The notes beneath the pieces were generated by a model that did not search any database, was not told the origin of the DNA, and was given only the letters and a program-made list of their open reading frames with translations. Below, in pieces: positions 19,418-30,674 of a stretch of 64,000 bases of DNA (within the stretch, counting starts at the first letter, position 1; every line of letters starts with the position of its first letter). The stretch is from the NCBI GenBank assembly GCA_965261595.1, contig CBDHDG010000005.1, positions 672,001-736,000 of the forward strand. The letters are read 5' to 3'. The translations under genes were made by a program, and so were the position numbers. Source of the DNA: a bacterium (GTDB lineage: Bacteria; UBA8248; JACPRG01; G963555815).

Positions 19418-21766
19418 CTACTCCGCGGCCCGGTCTTCTTTCTCTTTCAGCGCACGGAGGATCTTCTCAGGCGTGATCGGCAGGTCGCGAATCCGGACGC
19501 CGATGGCGTCGTAAATGGCGTTGGCGATGGCGGGGCTCGTGGGCGTGATGGACGTTTCCCCGGTTCCTTTGGCCCCGAACGGCCCGTCCTTGTGAGGCGT
19601 CTCGACGATGATGTTCTCCATCACCGCCGGAATCTCCTCGAAAGAGGGCAGGACATAGTCCGCCAGGTTGGGGTTGATGGGTTGGCCTCCGTCGAAATCG
19701 AGCGATTCGTAGAGGGTCTGACCGTAGGCCATCATCGACGAGCCCGCGATCTGTTCCTCGCACCGCATCGGGTTCAGGGCCTTGCCGACGTCGATGGCAT
19801 TGACCAGCTTCCGGACCCGGACCGCCCCGGTCTCGGTGTCCACTTCGACTTCCGCCGCGCCCGAGCCGACAAACCAGAAGATGGCGGTGATCTCCCCTTC
19901 GGCCTGGCCGGTGTCGAAATTCAGCTTCCCGCCCTCGACCTTGTAGAGACCCGTGCCGAGGAGGTCCCCGCCGTTCATCCGGAAGTAGCCCTGGACCACC
20001 TCCCGGAATGTCCTGGAACGCTCCGGCGCCCCGCGCACCCAGATCTTGCCGCCGCCGGTCTCCAATTGGTCCGGGGGCGCCTCGATCTGCTCGCCGGCCA
20101 GGATGAGCACCTGTTCGCGAATCCTCAACGAGGCCTCCTGAACGGCCCCCCCCACGTGGAAGGTGGAGCGGGAGGAGTTGGTCATCTGGTCGTAAGGCGT
20201 GAAGTCGGTGTCCTGGTGGGTGACGATGACGTCGTCGAACCGGACGCCCAGCGTCTCGGCCGCAATCTGGGCCATCACGGTGTTCGATCCCTGGCCCATG
20301 TCCACGACGCCGGCGACGACGTTCACGCTTCCGTCGTCGTTGAGCTTCAGGTATGCGCTGGAGGTCGTCGGCGTGGCGGTGCTCTTGATGGTGACGGAGA
20401 GGCCCTTCCCGACCCGGATGTTGGGGGCTTCCGCGGGCGCGGCCAGCGCGCCCCAATCGATGGCCCGGGCCGCCCGTTCCAGCGTCTCTTGGAAGCCGAT
20501 GGAGTGCAACCGGGAACCCGTGACGAAGGCGTCCCCTTCTTTCAGGAGGTTCATCATGCGGAATTCGTAGGGGTCCAGACCCAGCTCCTCGGCCAGGCGA
20601 TCCATGTGGCTTTCGTAGGCCCAGGAGACCTGGGCCACGCCGAATCCCCGGAACGGGCCGGCCGAGGGCTTGTTGGTGAGAACGCAGTAGGCATCGACCC
20701 AGGCGTGCTCGAACCGGTAGGGGCCGCACGAGACGTAGCCGGAATTCTTCGTGACGCGCGGGCCGATGTCCGCGTACGCGCCCGTGTCCAGGCGGTTGGT
20801 CATCTTGCGGGCCACCAGCCTGCCGTCTTTTCGGACGCCGGTTTTGACGGTGACGACGGAGGCGTGCTTCACGCACGTCAAGAAGGTCTCCTCGCGGGAG
20901 AGCATCATCCGGACGGGCCGCCGGGCCTTGATGGCCAGACACGAGACGAGGGGCTCCAGGCGCGCATAAGTCTTTGAGCCGTATCCTCCGCCGATATACG
21001 GGACCTCGACCCGGATCTCACCGACCGGGACCTTGAGGACGTGCGCCGTCTCCTGCCGGGCCAGGAAGGGGTTTTGGTTGCTGGTCCACAAGTGCATGCG
21101 CCCGTCGGGTTCCCGCCGGGCGAGGGTGATGAAGGGCTCGAAGGTCACGTGCTGCGTCGTGGGGGTTGTGTACGTCTCTTCCAGGACCAGGCCGCTTTCC
21201 TTGAACCCCGCCTCGACATCGCCGTTTCGGAGGCGGAAATGATTGCAGATGTTCGTGCCGGGGACGGGCCGCACGGTCTTGAGGTCCGCGAAGCCGATGG
21301 CCGGCAGCTCCATGGTTTCATGGACCCGCGGGGCGTCCTCGGCCAGGGCGTCCAAGACATTCGTGACCGCGGGCAGCTCCTCGTACTCCACGTCGATGAG
21401 CGCCAGGGCCTCGTCGAGGATGTCTTCGTCCTCGGCGACGACGGCCGCCACGGGATCGCCCACAAAACGGACCTTGTCGAAGCCGATGACCGGCTGGTCG
21501 TAGTACACCGGCCCGAACGTCGGGTTGAAAGGTCCCAGGTCGTCCCGGGTGAACGCGCACACCACGCCCGGAAGGCTCTCCGCCCGGGCGGCGTCGACCC
21601 GAAGAATCCTGGCGTGCGGGTAGGGGCTCCGCAGGGCCTTGGCGTGGACCATGCCCGGAAGCTCGATGTGGGCCGTGTAGATCCCGTCCCCGCGGACCTT
21701 CATCTTCGCCTCGGGGCGGATTTCGTTTTTCCCAATCGTGTGATGGGGGGGGGCGGATTCATTCAC
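19418..21766 (-). CDS. Xanthine dehydrogenase-family molybdopterin-binding large subunit
   Basis: RSPYPHARI, KVRFVGDPVAAV, IGGGYGSK, PFRGFG, DMGQGS and GAKGTGE motifs. Confidence 0.92.
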   Translation of the reverse strand: MNESAPPHHTIGKNEIRPEAKMKVRGDGIYTAHIELPGMVHAKALRSPYPHARILRVDAARAESLPGVVCAFTRDDLGPFNPTFGPVYYDQPVIGFDKVRFVGDPVAAVVAEDEDILDEALALIDVEYEELPAVTNVLDALAEDAPRVHETMELPAIGFADLKTVRPVPGTNICNHFRLRNGDVEAGFKESGLVLEETYTTPTTQHVTFEPFITLARREPDGRMHLWTSNQNPFLARQETAHVLKVPVGEIRVEVPYIGGGYGSKTYARLEPLVSCLAIKARRPVRMMLSREETFLTCVKHASVVTVKTGVRKDGRLVARKMTNRLDTGAYADIGPRVTKNSGYVSCGPYRFEHAWVDAYCVLTNKPSAGPFRGFGVAQVSWAYESHMDRLAEELGLDPYEFRMMNLLKEGDAFVTGSRLHSIGFQETLERAARAIDWGALAAPAEAPNIRVGKGLSVTIKSTATPTTSSAYLKLNDDGSVNVVAGVVDMGQGSNTVMAQIAAETLGVRFDDVIVTHQDTDFTPYDQMTNSSRSTFHVGGAVQEASLRIREQVLILAGEQIEAPPDQLETGGGKIWVRGAPERSRTFREVVQGYFRMNGGDLLGTGLYKVEGGKLNFDTGQAEGEITAIFWFVGSGAAEVEVDTETGAVRVRKLVNAIDVGKALNPMRCEEQIAGSSMMAYGQTLYESLDFDGGQPINPNLADYVLPSFEEIPAVMENIIVETPHKDGPFGAKGTGETSITPTSPAIANAIYDAIGVRIRDLPITPEKILRALKEKEDRAAE

Positions 21767-22212
21767 GTGATGTCTCTCCCCGGGAAATTCCGCGCACAGT
21801 CATCGGGTCCGCGCCTGATTAGAGCGGGTCGTGAGTCCGTCTCGCTGTCCGGTTGAGTTCTTTCGTTTCCGGCGCGGCCGGCCGCGTCCGCGAACTTCGG
21901 CCAAAGCGGCCATGTTCTGGTCGCGAAGATATTCGCCGGAATAAGAAAAGTCAACCGATTCGCCCTTCTCCAACCTCCACCGTGTCCATCCCGGCCATTC
22001 GGTCCGGCGCCGGTGGGCGGGCATTTCTCGGCCCAGTGGCTCTGCTGGGCGGGGCCCATCTCCGGCGCCCTGCCGGCCGCGCGGTTGTATGACTGGATTC
22101 GCTGTGAACCGGACATTGAGCGGGCTTGGGTCAAGGGATGTTGCTGAGGGGTTCCCTCGTCCAGCCGGAATCGGGGGGCCCCGGAACCGCCGCCGGCCCC
22201 GCGCGGACCGGA

Positions 22213-23604
22213 TCAGGATTCCTTGATGGCGGAGATCAAGTCCAGCACGGCCTTCTGGCCGTCTCCGAAGTACATGAGGGCGTTGTCTTCCGCGAAGAGC
22301 GGGTTGGGGACTCCGGCGAAGCCCGGGCTGAGGCTGCGCTTGATGACGATCACCGTGCGGGCCTTGGCGGCGTCGATGATGGGCATCCCGGCGAGGGGGC
22401 TCGCCGGGTCCGTCCGGGCCGCGGGATTGACGGTGTCGTTGGCGCCGATGACCAGCGCGATGTCCATCTGCTCCATGCCCGGGTTGATCTCGTCCATTTC
22501 CTTGAGCTGGTCGTACGGGACATTGGCCTCGGCGAGGAGGACATTCATGTGGCCCGGCATCCGGCCGGCGACCGGATGGATGCCGTACAGCACCTCCGTT
22601 CCCCGCTTCTCCAGAAGATTGGCCAGATCCCGGACGGCGTGCTGGGCCTGGGCGACGGCCATCCCGTAGCCCGGGATGACGACCACCTTGCGGGCCGTAT
22701 CGAAAACCATCGCCACTTCCTCGGCCGAAACCGATTTGATCTTCCCCTCGTAAATTTCATCCGCGCTCGCCGTCTCGCCGTCGGCGGATCCCAGCGTTCC
22801 GAACAGGACGTTCGCCAGGGAGCGGTTCATCGCCTTGCACATGATCTGCGCCAGGATGATGCCCGACGCCCCGACCAGGGAGCCGGCGATGATGAGGACA
22901 TTGTTGTTCAGGACGAAACCGGTGGCGGTGGCGGCCAGACCGGAGTAGGAGTTCAACAGCGCGATGACGACCGGCATGTCTGCCCCGCCGATGGGGATCA
23001 CCACCAGGATCCCGAGGACCGAAGAGAGGGCCACCAGGGTCCAATAGGCCCAGATGGCCTTCGGGTCGGCCACGATCCAGGCGGCGCAGGCGAGGACCGC
23101 GAGGCCCAGCAGGGCGTTCAGGACATTCCGGCCGGGGAACAGAACGGCCTTGCCGGGCAGGATCTCCTGGAGTTTGCCGAAGGCCACCAGACTGCCCCAG
23201 AATGTGACGGCCCCGATCAGTCCGGACGCGGAGGTGGCCACCGTCAACTGGATCCGGGGCGCGCCCGGCAGGAGTCCCGCCTCGATCAGCGCCGCTCCGG
23301 CCACGAGGACGGAGGCGATCCCGCCGAATCCGTTCAACAGGGCGACCATTTGCGGCATGGCGGTCATTTGAATCTTCAGGGCCAGGACCGCGCCGATCGC
23401 CGCTCCTACGATGATGCCGACGAGGATGAGCTCATAACTCAAAACCCGGTTGTCCACCAGCGTGACGACTATGGCGATGAGCATGCCGACGGCGCCGGTG
23501 AGGTTTCCGCGCACTGCCGTGCGCGGATGACCGAGCCCCTTGAGTCCGATGACGAACAGGACCGAAGCGATCAGGTAGGCGATGTTGATCAGCGAAAGTT
23601 TCAC
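22213..23604 (-). CDS. pntB: NAD(P) transhydrogenase beta subunit
   Basis: MTAMPQMVALLNGFGG, IGGADMPVVI, PGYGMAVAQAQH and HPVAGRMPGHMNVLLAEA. Confidence 0.97.
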   Translation of the reverse strand: MKLSLINIAYLIASVLFVIGLKGLGHPRTAVRGNLTGAVGMLIAIVVTLVDNRVLSYELILVGIIVGAAIGAVLALKIQMTAMPQMVALLNGFGGIASVLVAGAALIEAGLLPGAPRIQLTVATSASGLIGAVTFWGSLVAFGKLQEILPGKAVLFPGRNVLNALLGLAVLACAAWIVADPKAIWAYWTLVALSSVLGILVVIPIGGADMPVVIALLNSYSGLAATATGFVLNNNVLIIAGSLVGASGIILAQIMCKAMNRSLANVLFGTLGSADGETASADEIYEGKIKSVSAEEVAMVFDTARKVVVIPGYGMAVAQAQHAVRDLANLLEKRGTEVLYGIHPVAGRMPGHMNVLLAEANVPYDQLKEMDEINPGMEQMDIALVIGANDTVNPAARTDPASPLAGMPIIDAAKARTVIVIKRSLSPGFAGVPNPLFAEDNALMYFGDGQKAVLDLISAIKES

Positions 23605-23607
23605 GAT

Positions 23608-23889
23608 TCAGTCTTTCTTGCGGAACATTTCGAGCATGCGGTTGGTGACCAGAAATCCGCCCACGACGTTGATGGTGGCGAAGATGACGGCCACCAGGCC
23701 CAGGATGGACGTGAGGAGGGTATGCTGGGAGCCGGCGGACAGGATCGCGCCGATGATCGTGATGCCCGAGATGGCGTTGGACCCGGACATGAGGGGGGTG
23801 TGGAGCGTCGGCGGCACCTTGGTGATGACTTCAAAGCCGATGAACATGGCCAAAACGAAAATGGTCAGGACTGTGACGAACACTTCCAT
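23608..23889 (-). CDS. pntAB: NAD(P) transhydrogenase alpha subunit, part 2
   Basis: KVPPTLHTPLMSGSNAISG and INVVGGFLVT.RML.MF. Confidence 0.95.
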   Translation of the reverse strand: MEVFVTVLTIFVLAMFIGFEVITKVPPTLHTPLMSGSNAISGITIIGAILSAGSQHTLLTSILGLVAVIFATINVVGGFLVTNRMLEMFRKKD

Positions 23890-25073
23890 CAGGCGGATGC
23901 CTCCTGCGCGGCCTTCCCCGTCTCGAGGCCGAGGACCTCCCGCACCCTGGGGTGGACGACCTCGCCCCCCCGGGCCACGAGCGTTCCTTGGGTGATTTCA
24001 TCCTCCAGATCGATGTTCAATCCGCCGTCCTTCACCAGGTGGAGGAGGAAGGTGGCGACGTTTCTGGCGTACATCTGGCTGGCGTGGAACGGGATGCCCG
24101 AGGAGAGGTTCACCGGGCCGAGGATGCTCACGCCGTTCTCGACCACGGTCTCGTCCGGCCGGGTCGACTCGCAGTTGCCCCCCCGCTCCGCGGCGATGTC
24201 CACGATGACGGACCCGGGCGACATGCCGGCCACCATCTCGCGGGTGATCAGGATGGGCGCCGGTTTTCCCGGGATGGCCGCTGTTGTGATGACGACGTCG
24301 CTCTCGGCCACGACCCGGCCCATCAGCTCCTGCTGCCGGCGATAGAAGTCCTCGCCGAGGTCTTTCGCGTAACCGCCTTTGTCCTGGGCGTCGGCCGACT
24401 CCAGGGGCAGCTCGACGAACTTCGCGCCCAGGCTTTCGACCTGTTCTTTCACCTCGGGGCGCACGTCGTAGGCCCGTACAACGGCGCCCAGCCGGTTGGC
24501 GGTGGCGATGGCCTGAAGGCCGGCCACGCCGGCGCCGACGATCAGCACGCGGGCCGGCGCCACCGTGCCCGCCGCGGTCATGAGCATGGGGAACATCCGG
24601 GGCAGGTGATCCGCGCCGAGCAGGACGGCCTTGTAACCCTGGATGGTGGCCATGGCGGAGAGGGCGTCCATGGATTGCGCCCGGGAAATTCGCGGCATGA
24701 GCTCCATCGAGAAGACGCTGACCCCCCGGGCGGCCAGGTCTTTCATCGCCTCGCCGGGGGAGAGGGGCTCGCAAAATCCGATGACCGTCTGTCCGGATCG
24801 CAGGAGGTCGAGGTCCCCGCGGCCCGCCTCCGGGTTGGCCCCGAGGGTGCGGACCTGGAGGAGGGTTTCGGCCTGTGCGAAGACGTCGCCCCGCGAAGCG
24901 GCGATCCGGGCGCCCTTCTCTTCGAACTCAGCGTCGGCGAAGCCGGCGGCCGCTCCCGCCCCGGATTCTACGACGGCCGTCAGGCCGGCCTTCGTCAGCG
25001 AGGCGAGCTGCGCCGGGATCATCGCCACGCGGCGCTCTCCCGGAAAGGTCTCTTTTGGGGTTCCGATCATCAT
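23889..25073 (-). CDS. pntAA: NAD(P) transhydrogenase alpha subunit, part 1
   Basis: PKET..GERRVA, RISRAQSMDALS, GAGVAGLQAIATA and GGNCE. The start is placed at MMIG. Confidence 0.95.
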   Translation of the reverse strand: MMIGTPKETFPGERRVAMIPAQLASLTKAGLTAVVESGAGAAAGFADAEFEEKGARIAASRGDVFAQAETLLQVRTLGANPEAGRGDLDLLRSGQTVIGFCEPLSPGEAMKDLAARGVSVFSMELMPRISRAQSMDALSAMATIQGYKAVLLGADHLPRMFPMLMTAAGTVAPARVLIVGAGVAGLQAIATANRLGAVVRAYDVRPEVKEQVESLGAKFVELPLESADAQDKGGYAKDLGEDFYRRQQELMGRVVAESDVVITTAAIPGKPAPILITREMVAGMSPGSVIVDIAAERGGNCESTRPDETVVENGVSILGPVNLSSGIPFHASQMYARNVATFLLHLVKDGGLNIDLEDEITQGTLVARGGEVVHPRVREVLGLETGKAAQEASA

Positions 25074-25292
25074 GCGAATCGTTGCCGCAAGATTTGTGCC
25101 TAGATCGAGGGAGCGAAAAATCTTCTTTCCGGTCCCCCGTTGGGAAGGGAGGCGCGACAAAACGACGTGACTTTACCCGTTCTGTCGAGTGATTTGCACT
25201 CCCCCCGGGCGGTTCCAGAGCGGGGGAGCCAGGGGGGCCGAACCAAGCCGGCCAGCTGAGACCGGCAGACGAGCCCCCAGATGAGCGGAATC

Positions 25293-25706
25293 CTACTCTC
25301 CCATCACCTTGATCACAACGCGTTTTTTTCGCCGGCCGTCGAATTCGGCGTAGAAAACCCGCTGCCACGGCCCCAGGTCCAGCCGGCCTTCGGTGATGGG
25401 CGCGATGACCTGGTGGTGCATGAGGAGATTTTTGAGGTGGGCGTCGCCGTTGGTCTCGCCGGTGCGGTGGTGGCGGTAATCCGGACCCTCGGGGGCCAGC
25501 TCCTGGAGCCAGTCGTCGATGTCCGCGATGAGGCCCGATTCCGCGTCGTTCACGTAGACGGCGGCGGTGATGTGCATGGCCGAAATCAGGACCATTCCCT
25601 CCCGGACGCCGCTCTTTCCGACGGCGTCCTCCACGCGCCCGGTGATGTTGATGTGCTCCCGCTGAGTTTTCGTATTGAACCATAGGTATTCGGTGAGCGT
25701 CTTCAT
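25293..25706 (-). CDS. yjbQ: YjbQ family (secondary thiamine-phosphate synthase, UPF0047)
   Basis: HITA, NGDAHLK and [16 protein letters not shown]. Confidence 0.92.
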   Translation of the reverse strand: MKTLTEYLWFNTKTQREHINITGRVEDAVGKSGVREGMVLISAMHITAAVYVNDAESGLIADIDDWLQELAPEGPDYRHHRTGETNGDAHLKNLLMHHQVIAPITEGRLDLGPWQRVFYAEFDGRRKKRVVIKVMGE

Positions 25707-25847
25707 GATCGGTCCCGCCTCATGTACGGTCCACCGCGTCGGGGAGACGCTTTGCGCCTTGGGGAGCGGCGGCGAATGACTTTGAAATTCTGACGGGTCG
25801 CCCGCGTCGCGACGCCCGGGCTTCCGGAAAGGCCCGACCCCGTCTTC

Positions 25848-27296
25848 TCATTGATGCCGGTCCATGAACAACCGGAGCCGCTTGGGAATCTCGAACTCCG
25901 GGAGACCGATTTCGTTCCAGATGTCGAGGGCCTTCATCATGAGGTCTTTGGGCGGAAGGGAGACGTCTCCGGCGTCTTCTTTCTCCGTGGCGTCCAGGAC
26001 GAGCTTGCTGCTCATCTCCGGTTCGCCGTTTCGGACGCGGACGGTGGGATCGGCGACGGCGGGCGTGAACACGTTATCGATGATGATGGTGTCCTGCGCG
26101 GCGTTGAACCGGGAGTTCATGGCCCAGTCCATGTGCATGGGGTCCCGGATGTCGATGTCGTCGTCCACAACCGTGATTCGCTTCAGCAGGGTCGCCTCGG
26201 CGATGAGGCGGCCGACGCGCTTGGCGTGTCCCGGATAGAGCGGTTTCATGGAGACGATCCCGTGGGCCAGGAGTCCTCCGTAGGTCAGGTCGATGTAGGC
26301 GTCCTGGACGGTGTGATGCCCCAGGTCGTGGCGGAGGATCTTGATGAGCAGCCCGGCGTTGCTGAGGCTCTGGATGATCGTGCTCTCCGAGGGCGGCAGC
26401 TGGCTGATGTAGCCGTAATACATGGGGTTTTTGCGGTGGGTGACGGCTTTGACGCGGGCCATGGGCCTGCGGTCGACCCCTCCCATGTAACCGGCGAACT
26501 CGCCGAATGATCCTTCATCGGCCGTTTCCTCGGGGAGAAACTCCCCTTCGATGATGATTTCCGCGTGGGCCGGAACCCGCAGCTCCGAGGTCGCCGCTTT
26601 GACGACTTCGAGGGGCTCTCCCTTCAGCCCGCCCGCGACGCAGAGCTCGTCGGCGCCGTAAGGCACGTTGCAGACGCCCGCCAGGTGCGCCACCGGCTCG
26701 GCGCCGATCACCCAGGCGAAGGGGGCGGGCTTGCCCTTTTGGATGTAGGAGTCGTAGCACAACATGCCATGCCGGCCCGGCGTCAGGTTGACGACGAGTT
26801 GATCCTTGCCTTTGACCATCGTCCGATAGGTGGCGGCGTTCTGAATGCCCGTGTTGTCGTCCCGGGAGATGACGAGGGTGGTGATGTACGGGGCGATGTC
26901 CTTGCCGGGGGTCCAGATGGGGATCGGCAGGCGTCCCAGATCGGCCGCCTCGCCCTCAAGGACGACTTCCTGGCTGGGCGCGGAATCGACTTCCCGGGTC
27001 GGCGCCGGGTTCATCAGGGCGTGGACCCACTTTTCGTTGATCCGGTCTGGCTCCGTTTCGAGCGCCGCCGCGTAGGTGGCCCGCGACGCGCCCAACACGC
27101 CCGTCATGACCGGCATGTCGTGGCCCTTGACCCGTTCGAAGAGCAGGCCGAAGCGCTCCTCGTCGGGAAGGGCCTGGAACATCCACCGGGCCAGACAGGC
27201 CACTTCCCAGGTGTGATCGACGTTTTTTTGGATGCGCCTGAGCTTGCCTTTCGACTCCAGCGCCGCCAGATGCTCCCGGATGTCGCGATAGGCCAT
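25848..27296 (-). CDS. UbiD-family (de)carboxylase
   Basis: MAYRDIREHL, VPAHAEIIIEGE, EGSFGEFAGY and VVDDDIDIRDP. Confidence 0.9.
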   Translation of the reverse strand: MAYRDIREHLAALESKGKLRRIQKNVDHTWEVACLARWMFQALPDEERFGLLFERVKGHDMPVMTGVLGASRATYAAALETEPDRINEKWVHALMNPAPTREVDSAPSQEVVLEGEAADLGRLPIPIWTPGKDIAPYITTLVISRDDNTGIQNAATYRTMVKGKDQLVVNLTPGRHGMLCYDSYIQKGKPAPFAWVIGAEPVAHLAGVCNVPYGADELCVAGGLKGEPLEVVKAATSELRVPAHAEIIIEGEFLPEETADEGSFGEFAGYMGGVDRRPMARVKAVTHRKNPMYYGYISQLPPSESTIIQSLSNAGLLIKILRHDLGHHTVQDAYIDLTYGGLLAHGIVSMKPLYPGHAKRVGRLIAEATLLKRITVVDDDIDIRDPMHMDWAMNSRFNAAQDTIIIDNVFTPAVADPTVRVRNGEPEMSSKLVLDATEKEDAGDVSLPPKDLMMKALDIWNEIGLPEFEIPKRLRLFMDRHQ

Positions 27297-29123
27297 TGAG
27301 TCTCTCCTTGTTCCCGCGCTGGCTTTCCAACGACGGTTCGCCCCGACGCGCCATTGTAATCCCATTTGCCGATGAGGGCGAAAACCGCCGCCCGGGCCGG
27401 GATCGGCGGAAGGTCCGCCCCTGTGGCTCGGGGCGCCGGGTTCCGGGCGGATTGATGTTCTCCCGTCTCAGTCCCCGATGTAGCCCAGCCCTTTGATGGC
27501 GCTCGACGGTTTCCGGATCGAGCTCGATCCGCTGTTTGCCGATCAGGCGGCCGCGCCGGAGGACTTCGTCTCGTTTCGCCTTCAGACGCATCCGGTGGCG
27601 GGTGGTGACGGGGTCCCCATTCTAAACAGGTTCCGGTTTTCCCGCGGGTCCTTCAGCAGGTCGAAGAGCCGGCCTTTCCGGAAATGGAGCGGCGTGGGGT
27701 TTTCTTCAAGTGTCAACACCGATTCGGCGATGTATTTTTTCCCCTTTGAAATGATGAACTGGTAGGAGCCTTTGAAAATCCCGGAATACCTCCCCGTAGA
27801 AGTCCCGGGATGCGTTTTTCCCCCGCAGGAGCGGGACGATGGACTTTCCCTGCATCCCTCCCGGACCCCGGATTCCCAGAATTTCCAGGATGGTCGGCAT
27901 GACGTTCTCCAGGCCGGCGAGGTCCCGGTTCCGGATTCCGGGGGTGATTTTTCTGAGGAGCCGCATCACCAGAGGGACGCGAATTTCTTCCTCATAGACC
28001 GTGAAGCCGTGCTTGTAGTGGCCGTGCTCCATGAAGGCCTCGCCGTGGTCCGAGGTGATGATGAGGAGGGAGTTGTCGTATAAGCCCCGGCTCTTGAGGT
28101 AGCGGACGAGCCTCCCCAGCCAATCGTCGAAAAACCGGATTTCTCCGTCGTACTGGGCGACCATGTTTCGGTGCAGCCTGGGTGGAAGGGGATCTTTCGA
28201 GTCTTCCCAATAATTCGGACCGGTCAATATCTTTGGCGGGCCATCGACGGGGCGCCCCCGGAAATCCGGATCGAACATCTTCTTGTACGGGTCGGGCGGC
28301 CGATAGGGGTCATGCGGATCGAAATAGTGGAGGTAGAGAAAGAGCTTGTTCCTTTTCGGGTCGAAGCCCCGGAGAAAAAGGTGCTCCACATAAGCCCGGG
28401 TGTGCCGGAACATCCAATCCGCCTTGACCAGGCGAGCTTCCGCGAACCCGAGGTTCTGCATTTGAAAGAGCCCCGGCTTCTCGTTGAGCAGCGCCTCCAA
28501 CGAGAGGTTCAGCCGATGGAGCAGACGGTCCAAACGGGCGGATTTCCCGAAGAGCGTCCGCCAGACGTATAGCTGCTGGGGCGGTTGATTGTTTCGGTAA
28601 TGAACGCCGCCCCAGAGCTTGTAGAGCTGGAGGACGTAGTCGAATCCCTGCGTGTAGTTCTGTTTGGCGGAGACGAAGAGGTTGGTCGAAAAAAAGGACG
28701 TGGTGCACCCCTGTCGGCGGAGGCGCTCGGCCAGGGTGTCCGCGCTGTCGGGGAGCCGGGAGGCCACGTTGTGCATCCCGGTCACGGTCTCCGGCAGAGA
28801 GGTGAACAGCGTGGCCACGGAAGGGATCGTCCAGTTGGCGTGCGACCGGAAATCCTCGAACAGAATTCCCTCCCGGGCGAGCTCCTCCAGGGCGGGGGAA
28901 GTCGGGCGCCGGTAGCCATAGGCCGACAGGTGATCGGACCGCAGCGTGTCCACAAGAATCAGGATGATGTTGGGCGCGCCCGCGACCGCCGGCTTCGCCG
29001 CCCGCAACGTCTGGTCCGCATAATGCGGCGCGGTGTCGGGAAAGGGAAGGGACTTATATATTTGGGTTAATTGCGTTCAGGAGGATCATGAACGTGGAGC
29101 CCCTAGAATAGGCGATTATATGC

Positions 29124-29152
29124 TTGACACCACAAGAAAAATCTCCTATATT
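29124..29152 (+). promoter_or_regulatory. Sigma70-like promoter facing into the cassette
   Basis: TTGACA-N17-TATATT, followed by AAGGAGG and an ATG at 29240. Confidence 0.6.
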
Positions 29153-29278
29153 TGATCGGATTTTCCTATTTTAAGACCTTTCGGGCCCCTCGAAATAGCG
29201 TTTTAGAAACAGAATCCCCTATCCAAGGAGGAAGCGCAAATGATGCACTATACCTTGGCGATAGATCCAAGATACGCT

Positions 29279-29866
29279 CTATCCTTGAAAGAGAAGATGT
29301 TGAATTGGAAGCCCCGGAGGCAGGTTGATCTCAGTTACTTCATCGGTGATTCCGCGCTTCAACGCGTCCTGCGCGCCGACAAAAGCCATGTTGAGGAAAA
29401 GCCCATCGACATCGTCGGCACTGAGTTTGGTGTGCTTGACCATGATATCTGAGATAAGGGATTGATCGTTTTTTAGGGCAGCGACTTTTTCTTGGAATTC
29501 CTTTAGCTCCATCCGAGCCCCCTTCTGTATGTCAAATCCTACACCATGGAACATAAAACTGGATGACGGTGCGGCAACTTTTCGCTTCCCTGACTGAAAG
29601 ACCACATTGCCGATTGAATTGACATTCCCAACGTTGTACATCACCACGGGAACCGGAAGTGCTCTAATCGTGTTGTAGATTGTTATTCCGTCTGAAACCA
29701 GACCGCCAGGAGTAGAAAGCAGGACATGAATTTCATCGCATCCTTCATTTACCGAATGGGTTATTGCCGCCAAGAAAGCAGATGTTGTCTGCGGATAGAC
29801 AGAAGCTGAGAATGAAATGCAGATCGGGTTTTTCCCAGATATCTGAATTGTTTCTTTGTTGCTCAT
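29279..29866 (-). CDS. ClpP-like (S14) serine protease, cassette passenger
   Basis: LSTPGG.V.DG.TIYN, GNVNSIG (Ser nucleophile), SFMFH (His) and A.DAL..GI.DEV. Lower GC than the host genes; AAGGAG RBS. Confidence 0.8.
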   Translation of the reverse strand: MSNKETIQISGKNPICISFSASVYPQTTSAFLAAITHSVNEGCDEIHVLLSTPGGLVSDGITIYNTIRALPVPVVMYNVGNVNSIGNVVFQSGKRKVAAPSSSFMFHGVGFDIQKGARMELKEFQEKVAALKNDQSLISDIMVKHTKLSADDVDGLFLNMAFVGAQDALKRGITDEVTEINLPPGLPIQHLLFQG

Positions 29867-30028
29867 GGTTTCTGGTTCTCCTTCGTTGATTCGACGTTAA
29901 TCATCCAGTTCTAGCGGGATCGTTTCGTTCCGCCTGGGAAACGCGCGAGGCAGATTTGCCATGAATCTATTCCAATTCGGTGAAATCTTCATTAGTGCAA
30001 CGGAATTTCCTAGTTTAAGACCTTCCTT

Positions 30029-30451
30029 TCACCTGAGAGGACCTCCTTCTGGTATCTCATCCTCTTTCTCAGGCTTCTTCTCATCGAATTTAAACTTGGG
30101 CTTTGGCACACGACAATTTTCCAAACCGCCAGCGAATTGACGCAATGTGCGATTCCTGTGGCGGAAAGCGTTGATCTCTGCGGTTTCCTTCCCCTTCACG
30201 TTCATAAAGAACCAAGGAACAATGAGAAAAATCCCTGCCACCCCCATTGCCACATTGTAGCCTGTCGTCCCTTGCTTTGCGCTTACCAACCGAATTATCT
30301 CGGCCTCGTTCGAGGCGATTTCCGCATTGAGGCTCTGGCAAGAGCGTTTCTCATCTCCAACTTGGTATCTCAGAACGGGATTCGGTTCAGAACCGATACA
30401 TCCAGAAAGCACCAGTGAAACGGCGATCATCAAGCACAATATCTTGGTCAT
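30029..30451 (-). CDS. Putative lipoprotein, cassette passenger
   Basis: Signal peptide with lipobox LSGC and an internal hydrophobic segment (GVAGIFLIVPWFFM). Confidence 0.7.
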   Translation of the reverse strand: MTKILCLMIAVSLVLSGCIGSEPNPVLRYQVGDEKRSCQSLNAEIASNEAEIIRLVSAKQGTTGYNVAMGVAGIFLIVPWFFMNVKGKETAEINAFRHRNRTLRQFAGGLENCRVPKPKFKFDEKKPEKEDEIPEGGPLR

Positions 30452-30629
30452 GTTTCATCTCCATGTGATCGTGCGCCAGCCTGCCGCTGGGCACGCCACG
30501 GTGCCGGGCCGTAGCCAACATCTCTCGGAATAGAAGACGCCCCCGCCTATTCACCGGGCCTGGGGAGCTACCCCGAGCCGGACAGAGGGCTGTTGTATTC
30601 AGCGGGTAACCCGATATAATTCCCAAAAT

Positions 30630-30660
30630 TAAAAGCCCCCCGGAAAGACCGGGGGGCTTC
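30630..30660 (-). terminator. Intrinsic terminator
   Basis: Minus strand reads GAAGCCCCCCGG-TCTTT-CCGGGGGGCTTTTAATTT. Confidence 0.7.
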
Positions 30661-30674
30661 CGTTAGGGGTGTTG

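Noticed and set aside
19259..25103. Long plus-strand ORFs (572, 739 and 383 aa) and similar antisense ORFs elsewhere
   Set aside because: They are shadows of well-supported genes on the opposite strand in high-GC DNA and have no recognisable motifs.
30480..30625. Structured leader or sRNA upstream of the lipoprotein, and a plus-strand TTGTAT-N16-TATAAT promoter
   Set aside because: Short hairpins are present, but I could not match a known RNA family or define a plausible transcript.
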